Source: Vermamoeba vermiformis
Lineage: Eukaryota
DNA: 64,000 nt
Direction: 5' to 3'
NCBI GenBank assembly: GCA_045837725.1
Contig: JBEWZL010000294.1
Location: forward strand, 248,001 to 312,000
This document shows, piece by piece, positions 1-12,850 of this stretch. The translations under genes were made by a program, and so were the position numbers. Below the pieces are notes generated by a model. It saw nothing but the letters and a program-made list of their open reading frames with translations. It was not told the origin of the DNA and did not search any database. Position 1 is the stretch's first letter, and each line of letters begins with the position of its first letter.

Positions 1-620
1 TGCTTATTTCCGGTTGTTTCGAGTTGAATATTTTGTGCAGCGAGGAAAGCAGATCTTCGACGCGCAAATAAATTTTTAAATAATAATCTGTATTCTTTAA
101 AAGTGATATTTGTTGATTAAACTGCTCTAATTTTCCTCGTAGCGTTTGAGATGATGCCTTCTTTGCTCTAATATCGTCGCTTAGTTGTTTGATCTCGATC
201 TCCAATTGCTCTAATTCGCTCAAGGATTGCTTTGCTAATTTTTGACCGACGTTTAATTTTTCAGGCAAATTTTGCTCTAATTTTTGAAGCTCCTAATGAT
301 ACAATAATATTTAAAATTAATTTCAGACTGATCAACCACAGGGAAGCATTAAGTTGTTCCCATTAGCGTATTTAATTGTAAAAATATAAGATAAAATTAC
401 CTCGGAAAGGTCATTGCGTTCTTTTTCTAATTGAGTTGCGAGGGTAAGAGATCTGTCACTGACCACGTCAGCAATCTCGACAAAATGTTTATTTAAGAAA
501 GTCTTCACGCTATCTTCGTCCATATTGTTGTGGTTAGACAAAATATAATTAATTCCGTCAGGTTGGCTAGCTGGTAAAGTTGACAAATCAATGAAAATAA
601 GTTTATAGTTCTGAACACTT
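1..620 (-). CDS. Hypothetical spliced gene, coiled-coil C-terminal part, probably running off the window start; 5' end unresolved
   Basis: Minus-strand exon-like frames (...DRSLTLATQLEKERNDLSE|gtaatt; ELQKLEQNLPEKL...ELEQLEIEIKQLSDDIRAKK) bounded by GT/AG sites; no family recognised. Confidence 0.35.
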
Positions 621-1821
621 GCCCAGAACCACGTCAGTATGAAAATACACTACATTAATAAAGGTTACTCAAGGAGGCGGGTATCTATCCTTATATGCGA
701 GGGGTAACAATGTAGTTTAAGGCGATAGAAGAAATTGTAAATGCCTCAGAAGAAGACGTACTTTAAATAGTAAGTACGAATAAGAGCTTTACGTTCCTGA
801 CAGGGCAAAATATATAAAATGAAATACAAGAATGATACATTTTTGATCTGAATTATTTTATTTAATTTGAATTGTCTCAGCAAGTCAATATAGCCCTCAT
901 TTTTTATAGTGCGATTGAATTAAAAATATTAATCGTATTTGAAAATAGCGGAATTTTTGTACGTTCTTCGCGCCTGGTATCTTGTGCAGGAGGATTCGGC
1001 AAAGTGATCGTGTCACCTCTGCGCTCCAAAAACACACGAATATCTGCTTGCAAGAATGTCCTATACAATAACAATATTCGATTAGAATCGTTGGTAGTGC
1101 GAGGGAACTCTTAGAGTGGTTTTTCGTCGCTCGATCTACGTCCTCAGTCTTAGGAGGCAAAAGAGTAGTCTCGTTTTCAGTAACAAAAGTATGGGTAAAT
1201 GGCAACGAACTAAAGCCACACATTCAATATCACTCCAACGACCGCCAATGAATCATTGCCGACTAATATAACCAATGCCACGAGCACTAATGAGTCGCTT
1301 CCTACTGGTTCTGACGCTAACCTGCTACCTTAAGTACGTTAAAATTAAATTTTAATTTTGAAGCCCAAATCTTGCCTTTTTCAGTAATTACCAGAAATGT
1401 TTACTAGTCGCTAATTTAAGGGCTATTTCAGCGCTGAGTAATATTTCTATCTACATTATTATCTATCTACCGTAATAAGATAAAGCTAGACTCCGTCAAG
1501 ACGATCCGCGCAACGCAGAAATTTTTAAATTGACACTGAAGTTGATTGAGGCTCTATGGATCTATTATACCATCTTATTTCGATGCGTCAGTTTCAATTT
1601 GCGAGTTTTCTGAAGAACGTTTGACTGAAATAATAGCCCGCAAGGAATCCAGAAAACTAGTAATTTGACACTTGGATGTTCATCAGAGGCGATCAGTTGT
1701 GATGTCTGCACTCGCTCACACGAGTTCTCTTCAAAATGGATGGCTGACCAATCAGCGACGAGCTCGTTCAGTGAACCAATGCCGTTACGCGACGCCAAAT
1801 CCTTAATTTTTATTCTTTTCA

Positions 1822-3057
1822 GTTTGCCTCAACCAACTACAACAAATGGACGTAGACGATTATATGAACCAAATATACGAAGCTATGGCTAACCATGCCG
1901 AGCGCTACTCGGCTCACCTTAACAAGAAAAGTAAGAAACGTTGCCACGCAGGTCTCCAGTACCGAACTAATGCCTTTTTTAGAGACTGACTTGCAGAGAG
2001 CGATCGACGAACTCAATAACGCGGGGCAACCGAGTAAGCAATCGCTGAAATTAGTACATGACATTTTTGTAACCTCGGATCCGAAATTTATTTTTAGTTC
2101 CTGCGGAGTTGGCTGCAGCTCTTCATAAGGTCGATGAAGATATCGAGGGCAGCAAGACTATGTTCAAGATGGCTGACGATCTCAGGAGCGGAAAGATCAA
2201 ACTGCCGGAGAATGATACTAGTATGCCTGACTTCACATCCGAGTTTGAGTCAAAGCCAAAAAAGACAATGAGCGAGAAACAGTATAGCGATGACTCTCCT
2301 AATGGTAACGTTATATCATTCATTCCCTATTATCTTAACATTTAATTCGGCTAGGTCAGTTGACGCGAGATCTGAATGCGGAGATGGCGAACAGACCTGA
2401 CTTTAAGGTCTTTGTGCCTCAAGTGTTCGGATGGGACTCCTACAAACCTTTCACCGACTTCCATGCATCAGTCACGCAAGATGATCCTACCAAGACCTCC
2501 CCAGGCAAAGTTTTAGGTGTTGGAAGCAGCCGCAATGTTGAAATCGACGTCATGCCGAAGCTCAAGGTCGCCAAGGACTGGCTGAGAAGGTCGCTGTTAA
2601 CTCTCCGACTTCTCATCGCGAGTGGCTGGCGACGGACAGTACGTGTGGCTCGAAGGAAAGCAAGGCCAAGCTCAACAACTTGCTTCTGGAACTGTTCGAA
2701 CTCGAGAAGTCAGTGTCGTTCTACTTCGCTAAGTGTCATCCAACAACTGACAAGCGCCTGAAAATCATTCAAAGCGGCATGATGGCTTCGTTAATAACAC
2801 CGGACACCGTCAGAAAGTCTGTGCAAGAGATCATCATGAATCACTTGCGTTACCAACTCAAGAACTTGTACGCGCTCTACAAGAGGGACTGTCTTCGCAT
2901 ATGGAGCTCGCCGATACCTTACGACGCGCCCGCAGACGATAGCAGCGATGATGAGAGCTCCGCTGAAGAGGAAGATCTCGATCAGATTCCCGTCATGAGC
3001 TGCGTGTTCACGCCATGGGGTCCTAAGTTCCTTCAAGGAGGTCCCAAGCGCAAGTAG
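1822..3057 (+). CDS. Hypothetical multi-exon protein; start unresolved
   Basis: Chain of exons separated by ~50-nt GT-AG introns (CLNQLQQMDVDDY.., TDLQRAIDELNNAGQP, ELAAALHKVDED.., QLTRDLNAEM.., LLLELFELEKS..GPKRK*); stop at 3055-3057. Confidence 0.5.
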
Positions 3058-3228
3058 TATCAGCTATGTCATACCTATTGGCACTCGTACCTCAAATGAT
3101 TTTTATGCTCGCTTTCGGGCTTGAGCATTCATTTTTGGCACGTGCTTTTTGAATGGTAAATTTTCGAGTCGAAATAAACCACTGTTGTTGGTAAACAAAG
3201 AGCACGAACGTTTTAATCGACAATATTT
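3046..3228 (+). repeat. ~180-bp direct repeat, copy 1 (overlaps the stop codon of the upstream gene)
   Basis: aagcgcaagtagtatca..tgtcatacctattggcactcgtacctcaaatg..agagcacgaa..ttttaatc is near-identical at 3046, 6247 and 9395. Confidence 0.95.
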
Positions 3229-3352
3229 CTCGCAACAGTTTCTACTGAACAGGTTTCTTTCTTTTTATTCATCGTAAAAAAACTGAAAACCATTTACCAC
3301 GTCATGTAACAAAAGTTTATTGCTACGAAACACAACAATGAATTATTCAGCC

Positions 3353-6194
3353 ATGGCGACTCCTTTACCGCACCAGGTAAATATTTCGTTTAGTATTTTT
3401 TATTACAAAAATAAATTATAAAGGAGAAAAATTACTATTTAATTAAAACTATCGCCCTTGCCTTAATAAACGCGAAGATGCCATTAATCAATTATTTGGC
3501 GTATTTAGATGATGGATCCCGAAAATGCAGATGCGCGCCAAAATTCAGCGCTGAAAAAGTAAGTTCTGACAGTTAACGCGATTCAATCTCCTCAATAATC
3601 TCAAAGATAAAATTGATAAAAACGTCGCCAATCACAGCCCGGTTTCTATTTTAGTACAAAACGCGTAGTAGCATATTAGCATTTGCTTGAAACTGACGCT
3701 GAAGCCTACAACAGATCCAGCCTGAAGCGCCAAGTACTGCGAGATATAAGCAATCTACAAGAAGGCTTGGAAGGACCGAGGAAGACCAAAAGAGTCAATT
3801 TCATCGTCGAGAAACCTGATCGCCCTTCAACTTTAGCGAAGAATCGTCTGAGAAGAAGTAAGTCTTGATCTAGCCATATTATCCTAATTTACTGCCCTGC
3901 TTGAATATTTTTAATTTACCTTAGAATGCGATCGGCGAGCTAACTTTTGGTTCAGTTCCAACTCGATCAGCCATGCAGCCACTCACCGATAAGGAGAACC
4001 AAATTATAAAAATAATCGACAGTCTCGGCGACGTCAACAAGGTAGCTTACTTTGAATCTCTTCAAGCGATGTTTTGCCAACCGACGCCGATCTTGGCCAA
4101 CTTTCAAGTTGGAGTCACAAAAGACTTCTTAAAATACTTCTGGTCGTTGAAGTGGCCCAAAGAAGATCTTAACGAAGATGAGAGAAGTTACTTGGAGGAC
4201 TTCTCTAAATTTAAAGTCAAGTTCGTTGACGGCGAAGATGCGCCAGCTTTCGATCCGAGCGAACCGACGTTGGTCGTCTTGTGCAACCCTCCACCAAACC
4301 ACGCGTACTTGACGACACGTCTAAATGAGTTTGTGCACATTGACTCGTCCCATCGGTTAATGATCGTTGGCGACGTGTCACTGATGCTCGACCTCGGTTC
4401 ACGGCCCGTGTGGTCTAATATCTCCCTAGTGTACTATCTTGTAACCATGCACGACAAAAGGTAAGATTACAATACCTCTACGCTTGCATTTACTCGACAT
4501 TAACTCGAAGGCAATTAGTAGATCCACATTGTTCAAAGAGCTCACCTCGCACCATCTGGCGCAATCAGCAGGAATTCCGTCATTCGTCTTACAACTCCTG
4601 CACGATAAAGAAGTCCCCGAAGGCGACGATCCCATCTTCTTCTGGAACTTCACAGAAGATAAACGCGTTCTGGCGGTTGCACTTAAGCTGTTCATCTTCC
4701 AACACACCTTGGCGCCTATTAATACTGATTGGACTTACTGGTGCATCAACGCGATAGACCTTGCTCGGTCCTGTGGCTGCTTAGTGGCCGATCCTCGTGT
4801 CACGGCCATTCGGACGCCGAACTCCTCATTCGAGTCTTTGGAATCTACTTTGCAGCTTCAGTACTCGTCTAAAGTTGTTGTCTGGCCAGATATTATGATC
4901 AAAGAGTTTACGAAAGACCACCCGTACGCTGTTAGAGACTTGCAGCCGAAGGACACAGAAGTAGGGTGGTTGTTGCTCGAACAAATCACCGCACAAAACA
5001 TGGCGAAGCATCACAAAGAATCGCAGACACTTGGCGAACGCTTCACCTTCTTGTCAACTTCTTTCATTGCGCACATTAAGCACGAAGTGCCAGCCAAGTA
5101 TGAAATAATGCCGCAAGTCAAGGAAAAAGCCAAGCCAGTGCTGACAATGAAAAAGTTCCTTAATAAGAAAACAGTTAATCGCAAAGATTTTTGGGAGTTC
5201 ACAAAGCACGTGCTGCAGCCTAACCAACCAATGGTGTGTCGAGACAAAGGCTCAACGCCGGATTGGATGGTCAAGCTAGTTGACGGCGACAAGCAGCACC
5301 TGCTCTGTATTCAGCTTAAGACTGGGGAGGAAAATTACACCATCGAGCGCGTACTTGATGAATTGGCGAAGAGTCCAGGAGTGGAAGTTAAAGACAAAGT
5401 GCGTTCATTCTGGTTCTTTCGACGAATGGCATTAACACTGTTTTAGGATTATGCGTACCGCAACGTTGTTTACCAAGAGTCAGGAGAGCACGGTATCAAG
5501 CTGACTTTTGTCTTCGGCGCCATTTCTCATTCGCACGTGAAGAGCTTGTGTGTGAATAGGAAGTACCTAGCCAAAGGCAGCAGCAATCATTTTGGTGCGT
5601 TGCGCATCACGCACGAGTCGTACAAGACAGTTCCGGAAAATGTCGAAATTATCGTTCTTCTCGAAGCAGGACTTATCAATTTGCTCGGCGTGGACAACTA
5701 CGCTTTCATAAAGGCGTACGATGCAAATGCAGTGCGCGAAAATCGAGGTCAGTGATTTTGAAAGTAATAATACCTTAGTAGTACTGACACTTCCACCAGT
5801 AATTAAAGCACTCGAATCCGATTTCTCGGCTCACGATGAAAATCACCCAGACCATTCAGCAGAGGACGTGCAAAAGATGCTGCAAAGTATCTTGGAACAA
5901 AAGGCACGAAATTATCGCGACAAGTACGACATCAAATTGACTTTGACTGTGACGCCAAAGAGTGCGAGCCCCGAACATGTGATGGCAGACGAGGCACCCT
6001 ATTCTCCAATCACAACGAGTGAAGCTGAGAACAATGAGCCACTAGCCATAGTCAGCGCGCAGACAAATCAGCAAAGCCGCGTTCGTCCACGCGAAAACGA
6101 CGAAGAAAATGACGCTGAGCCTGTGCAAAAGAAACAGAAGACTGAAGGGGCTGTCAGCGCTGATGACCAAGAGAAGAAGGCCAATGATGAATAG
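3353..6194 (+). CDS. Crinkler/CR-effector-like protein (degenerate NTPase-like region + PD-(D/E)xK REase-like domain), tandem copy A
   Basis: Spliced model starting MATPLPHQ|; motifs SAGIPSFV (GxP-like), GSTPDWMVKLVDGDKQHLLCIQLKTG (PD..QxK) and VPENVEIIVLLEAGLINLLGVDN. Confidence 0.55.
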
Positions 6195-6246
6195 AATTTG
6201 CGCGGCTACCACACGGCACTTATGATTCGTGCGTACCGTCATTACT

Positions 6247-6430
6247 AAGCGCAAGTAGTATCATCTATGTCATACCTATTGGCACTCGTACCTCAAATGA
6301 TTTTTATGCTCGCTTTCGGGCTTGAGCATTCATTTTTGGCACGTGCTTTTTGAATGGTAAATTTTCGAGTCAAAATAAAACCACTGTTGTTGGTAAACAA
6401 AGAGCACGAAACTTTTAATCAACGATATTT
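6247..6430 (+). repeat. ~180-bp direct repeat, copy 2
   Basis: Near-identical to 3046-3228. Confidence 0.95.
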
Positions 6431-6540
6431 ATTCTGAGGATACTTCTTGCACAGTTTCTACCGAACAGTAAAAACGTATATCGTCATGTAACAAAAGTTT
6501 ATTGCTATGCAGCGCAAAATACAATGAAGATTATTTAGCC

Positions 6541-9342
6541 ATGGCGACTCCGTTACCGCAACAGGTAAATTATTATTTTAGTAAATTAGAAAAATTTCTT
6601 AATTACTTGAAGCTATCGCCCTTGCCTCAATAAACGCGAAAATGCCATTAATCAATTATTTGGCGTATTTAGATGATGGATCCCGAAAATGCAGATGCGC
6701 GCCAAAATTCAGCGCTGAAAAAGTAAGTTCTGACAGTTAACGCGATTCAATCTCCGCAATAATCTCGAAGATAAATTAATAAAAAAACCAATCATAGCTC
6801 GAGTTCTATTTTTAGTACAAAACCCGTACGCGCTATTGCTTGAAACTGACGCCCACAACAGATCCTGCCTGAAGCGCCAAGTACTGCGAGATATAAACAA
6901 TCTACAAGAAGGCTTGGAAGGACCGAGGAAGACCAAAAGAGTCAATTTCATCGTCGAGAAACCTGATCGCCCTTCAACTTTAGCGAAGAATCGTCTGAGA
7001 AGAAGTAAGTAGGCAATAACTTGGGACAATATGGCTAGATCAGGATGTTTATCGACTTTGAATATTAAGTTACCTTAGAATGCGATCGGCGAGCTAACTT
7101 TTGGTTCAGTTCCAACTCGATCAGCCATGCAGCCACTCACCGATAAGGAGAACCAAATTATAAGAATAATTGACGGTCTTGGCGACGTCAACAAAGCAGC
7201 TTACTTTGAATCTCTTCAAGCGATGTTTTGCCAACCGACGCCGATCTTGGCCAACTTTCAAGTTGGAGTCACAAAAGACTTCTTAAAATACTTCTGGTCG
7301 TTGAAGTGGCCCAAAGAAGATCTTAACGAAGATGAGAGAAGTTACTTGGAGGACTTCTCTAAATTTAAAGTCGAATTCGTGGAAGGAGCAGATGCTCCAG
7401 CTTTCGATCCGAACGAACCAACGCTGGTCGTCTTGTGCAACCCTCCACCAAACCACGCGTACTTGACCACACGTCTAAATGAGTTTGTGCACAATGACTC
7501 GTCCCATCGGTTAATGATCGTTGGCGACGTGTCACTAATGCTCGACCTCCGTTCACAGCCCGTGTGGTCTAATATCTCCCTAGTGTACTATCTTGTAACC
7601 ATGCACGACAAAAGGTAAGATTACAATACCTCTACGCTTGCATTTTCTCGACATTAACTCAACGGCAATTAGTAGATCCACATTGTTCAAAGAGCTCACC
7701 TCGCACCATCTGGCGCAATCAGCAGGAATTCCGTCATTCGTCTTACACCTCCTGCACGATAAAGAAGTCCCCGAAGGCAACGATCCCATCTTCTTCTGGA
7801 ACTTCACAGAAGATAAACGCGTTCTGGCGGTTGCACTTAAGCTGTTCATCTTCCAACACACCTTGGCGCCTATTAATACTGATTGGACTTACTGGTGCAT
7901 CAACGCGATAGACCTTGCTCGGTCCTGTGGCTGCTTAGTGGCCGATCCTCGTGTCACGGCCATTCGGACGCCGAACTCCTCATTCGAGTCTCTGGAATCT
8001 ACTTTACAGCTTCAGTACTCGTCTAAAGTTGTTGTTTGGCCAGATATTATGATCGAAAAGTTTACTCGACACGCGTACGCGTTTAGAGACTTGCAGCCGA
8101 AGGACACAGAAGTAGGGTGGTTGTTGCTCGAACAAATCACCGCACAAAACATGGCGAAGCATCACAAAGAATCGCAGACACTTGGCGAACGCTTCACCTT
8201 CTTGACAATTTCTTTCATCGCGCACATTAAGCACGAAGTGCCAGCCAAGTATGAAATAATGCCGCAAGTCAAGGAAAAAGCCAAGCCAGTGTCAATGAAA
8301 GCGTTCCTTGATGTGAAAACGGTTAATCGCAAAGATTTTTGGCAGTTCACCAAGGACGTGCTGCAGCCTAACCAACCAATGGTGTGTCGAGACAAAGGCT
8401 CAACGCCGGATTGGATGGTCAAGCTAGTTGACGGCGACAAGCAGCACCTGCTCTGTATTCAGCTTAAGACTGGAGAGGAAAATTACACCATCGAGCGCGT
8501 ACTTGATGAATTGGCGAAGAGTCCAGGAGTGGAAGTTAAAGGCAAAGTGCGTTCATTCTCGTTCTTTCGACGAATGGCATTAACACTGTTTTAGGATTAT
8601 GCGTACCGCAACGTTGTTTACCAAGAGTCAGGAGAGCACGGTATCAAGCTGACTTTTGTCTTCGGCGCCATTTCTCATTCGCACATGAAGAGCTTCTGTG
8701 TGAATAATAAGTTCCTAGCCAAAGGCAGCAGCAGTCATTTTGGTGTGTTGCGCATCACACACGAGTCGTGCAAGAAAGTACCGGAAAATGTGGAAATTAT
8801 CGTTCTTCTCGAAGCAGGACTTATCAATTTGCTCGGCGTGGACAACTACGCTTTCATAAAGGCGTACGATGCAAATGAAGTGCGCGAAAATCGAGGTCAG
8901 TGATTTTGAAAGTAATAATACCTTAGTAGTACTGACACTTCCACCAGTAATTAAAGCACTCGAATCCGATTTCTCGGCTCACGATGAAAATCACCCAGAC
9001 CATTCAGCAGAGGACGTGCAAAAGATGCTGCAAAGTATCTTGGAACAAAAGGCACGAAATTATCGCGACAAGTACGACATCAAGTTGAATTTGACCGTGA
9101 CGCCAAAGAGTGCGAGCCCCGAACACGTGATGGCAGACGAGGCACCCTATTCTCCAATCACAACGAGTGAAGCTGAGAGCAATGAGCCGCTAGCCATGGT
9201 CAGCGCGCAGACAAATCAGCAAAGCCGCGTTCGTCCACGCGAAAACGACGAAGAAAGTGGCGCTGAGCCTGTGCAAAAGAAACAAAAGACTGAAGGTGCT
9301 GTCAGCGCTGATGACCAAGAGAAGAAGGCCAATGATGAATAG
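6541..9342 (+). CDS. Crinkler/CR-effector-like protein, tandem copy B
   Basis: Near-identical paralog of 3353-6194 with the same exon structure and the same PD..IQLK motif. Confidence 0.55.
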
Positions 9343-9394
9343 AATTTGCGTGGCTACCACACGGCACTTATGATACGTGCGTACCGTCGTTACT

Positions 9395-9577
9395 AAGCGC
9401 AAGTAGTATCATCAATGTCATACCTATTGGCACTCGTACCTCAAATGATTTTTATGCTCGCTTTCGGGCTTGAGCATTCATTTTTGGCACGTGCTTTTTG
9501 AATGGCAAATTTTCGAGTTGAAATAAAACCACTGTTGTTGGTAAACAAAGAGCACGAATGTTTTAATCGACAATATA
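9395..9577 (+). repeat. ~180-bp direct repeat, copy 3
   Basis: Near-identical to copies 1 and 2; similarity to the duplicated unit stops here. Confidence 0.95.
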
Positions 9578-9606
9578 TTTATTTTGTATTATATAATCAA
9601 TTTATA

Positions 9607-10426
9607 ATGGTGTCGCTTGCGTATCAATGCGATTTCATCAATCAAGATGTTCGTAGATTCAAAGTGACGCGAGAAGAACACTTCTTTACGAGATTTGATT
9701 TATTTTTAGCTATTACAATAATATTGTCTATAACCTACGAGGTAAGATTAGCTTATTTTGCGCAGCTGACGTCAGATAAAATAAAAATTAAATATATATT
9801 TTAAAAATATGAAAAATAGCTAGAGAAATAAGCTAATCATAATTATACAGCTAATATTTTTTGAAATGGAATACCACACAATTTTGGAGAAGACATGGCT
9901 GTGGATCTGCATTGCAGTTTCATTGCTACGATTTATTTTCAGGTTATACACCGTAAAACAAGGTAAATATTTTTCCATTATTTTTAATAATTTTTAACGA
10001 TTTTTTAGAGTCCTTAGAAGTCGTACGAGACATGGGCGTACAATTGACTACAAAATATTTCAGCGGGCTCGAAAAACACAAATTTATCGAAAAAGAGAAG
10101 ATTAGAACAGTAATAGTGAACGAAGGCATCAAATTCGGTGATATTAAATTCTATTTGGCTTTCGTTATTCGAAGTAGCGACGAAATGATAATAGCGTTTG
10201 AAGTACGTCAAATCTGGTCAACTTTTCTCAGCTCTATTTAACCATAATACTATAGAATTTGATGCCCAAGCTGAGGGTGCTGAGTGATGTCTATCAAGGC
10301 GCACGTAAGTCATATTCGATAATATACCATAGTCCAGGACCTCACACCATTCGTTGGTCAGGCTACATTTTGTTCGGTGAAGAGGATGAAAACAGACGAA
10401 AGATTGAGACCAGAAAACTATTGTAA
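9607..10426 (+). CDS. PIGH: GPI-GlcNAc transferase complex subunit PIG-H (Gpi15)
   Basis: Two hydrophobic segments followed by ESLEVVRDMGVQLTTKYFSG..FIEKEKIRTVIVNEGI..YLAFVI and NLMPKLRVLSDVYQG; five exons, stop 10424-10426. Confidence 0.8.
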
Positions 10427-10599
10427 ATATATTTAATATGGTCACGTGTTATGTAAAGTGATGATTATTGTCTGTGCAAGAACCTGATGGATATTTTTTT
10501 GAAGCCGGTTATTTTTCTATTAAAAAGTTTTATTCCACAAAGCTAAGCCAAATATATCACAAAGAATACAATCAAAAACAACGAGCGAGCTGTTTAGTC

Positions 10600-12640
10600 T
10601 TATTTAGGTCTATCAAAGCTATCAGATTTCTTCGCGGCTGCTTCCTTGTAATGACTCTCCAAGATAATTTGCAATGTCTTTAAGCGCGTGAATCTTCGCT
10701 TGCCACGGATAAACGGTGCTGTCAGCGCGGCACGTTCTGCGTTGACCACTAAATAAATGTTATGTTAGTAACGAGCTACTAGAATATGAATTATATTGAC
10801 GTACTCTTAGACAATAAGAAGTCCTTGAAGGTCTCGTCTTTCTTGAAAATTGGTGGATCCGGCAATGCAGGACCGAACTGCGGAACTCCTTCACGAACAG
10901 CCAACGCAACACTAATAACATTTAATCACGTGCTTATATCCTATTATAGTAATATTGTACTTACCGATATCTATCATCACCCACGGGCTGCACGACAATA
11001 AACACGTGCAAAAAGTCGCCGGAAATTGTTGGCGGGACAAATACTCCATCGCCCTCCAGGAACACCACGCACGTCAAGTCATTACCTAAAAAGGAAATTT
11101 TGTTAATACGACGTGACAGCAGGCGACACCTCCGTACCAATGAATCGTTTTCTCGGCAAGATCTGTTGACTGGGCTCGTCTTCAATGAATGAAAGTGGCA
11201 TGTACGTGCTGACGTGGAACATGATCTCAAAGTCCACCCAGTGCGTGTAAATCGAGTGCGTGCCGTTGTAGTCGTTCACGGTGTCGAGTTCTCCCGCGTA
11301 GTTCTGGAAGCCCTTCAACTCCACTTTCTCGCCCAAGAATTGCAAAAATTCTTCAAACTTGGGACTGCCGGTGGCTGTCAATAAGTTAGCAAAATGACAC
11401 TTTGACACGCGTGTTTGTTGACACGTGTCACAACTCGTTTAGTTCGCCCTTCTGAAGGCAAAAATATTTCTTGGTGCCGTTCACTGAACGAGTGACACGT
11501 GTCAAACAGAGTGTCTTGCACTTACGATTTCCGAGAATTTCTTCTTCGCTGGTCTGACCACCCTTCATGTAGACCATGCCAATCTTGTGACAAATGATCT
11601 TTTTGAACTGATTCTTCTGCGACCGTTCATAATCGAGCAGGTCCTTTGTAATTGTCTTGTCTTTCACCACTTGCAACTTGGATGTGGCAAAGTACTTGTT
11701 TTCTGCTTGCAAAATCTTGATGACCTTCTTAGGGTTTGCAATAATTTTAACCATTTGCAGCTCATCGACTCGAATCTACGAGAATACGCGTTAGACGATT
11801 ACCAAATAAGGCAATGGCTTACGTTAAAAGTGAAATCTCCCTGTCTCATACGGGCAATACCATATAAGGTCGTGTCATCCTTCTCGATCAAACTGATTAA
11901 AATAGGCTCACCTAAACGCAAATATTATTAGTGACTAATACTATCTTTAAATTAACACCGGATCTGGATCCGTACCAGGATAAAAGTCCAGTTCTAGAGT
12001 GCCCACAATATTGATCTGATCGAGCGGGTCTTTGTCCTTGAAGAAATTGTCTTTGTAATGGAAGCTCGTGCTCTCCGTGTCTTCAATGAACAAAATAGGC
12101 AAATGTTCGGGCTGTGGATTGTGGCCCAGTTCAGCGTAAAATAACGACGTTGCCACGGTGATTTCATCTACATTATTATGGTTTAGTATTAGTACCCGAG
12201 ACCCTTATATAAGTTAAATATAGTACCTTCACCAGGGCGTTCTTGAGGCGGGGCTGGAATTTCAAAAATAGTCAACATGTCAAGAATGTCAATCTTGCCA
12301 AAATCTTGTTGGAAAGGCTGGTATTTTTCCGCATCAGGTCGTCTGTATCGCAGCTGATGTCCAAATTAGGCAATCGTCCGGTTATAGAGGTACTTTAACT
12401 TACTCTTGACTGCGGGACATAATCCCCGGATGTAATTTGACTTTTAAAGCCGAACACGTTGATCGAGTCCACACCACGGATGTCTAAATAAGGAAATCCC
12501 ATTAGAATAGTTGCAATATATTGCGCTCTTTAGAATTAAATTCTAACTCTACGAAACTATCGCTAGCAATATTGGGTTAGATACGTCGACGTTTGTGGCG
12601 GATGTGCGAGAAGTTCTCAACCTCAAACTCAAAAGCTGAA
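10600..12640 (-). CDS. Rap/Ran GTPase-activating protein (Rap_GAP domain); possibly the 3' part of the upstream ankyrin gene
   Basis: KIGMVYMKGGQTSEEEILGN, FEEFLQFLGEKVELKGF, FEIMFHVST, RKRFIGND, VPQFGP, VNAERAA; stop at 10600-10602. Confidence 0.9.
11418..11505. repeat. Inverted repeat / MITE-like hairpin inside an enlarged Rap-GAP intron (11375-11525)
   Basis: Arms ttgacacgtgtcacaactcgtttagt and actgaacgagtgacacgtgtcaa are near-perfect reverse complements. Confidence 0.6.
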
Positions 12641-12850
12641 CATATCATTATTATTATGTATTACTAGTGTCGATATTATTCTAAGTATTACTAGCCAACT
12701 ACTTGAAAAAATATGCGTGTTAAATGGATGCTGAAAAAATTTCTGGCGCGAAAATTTTGTTCTAGATCAGCTACTCTGGATTGAGCCTTATGCATTCATA
12801 TTAAGAGGTCGATACTGTTCTCACCGCGCACAAAGTGTCGTCGACATGTC

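Noticed and set aside
3046-9577. CRISPR- or LTR-retroelement interpretation of the three direct repeats
   Set aside because: The spacers are 3-kb intron-containing paralogous genes; no gag/RT/integrase motifs or cas genes
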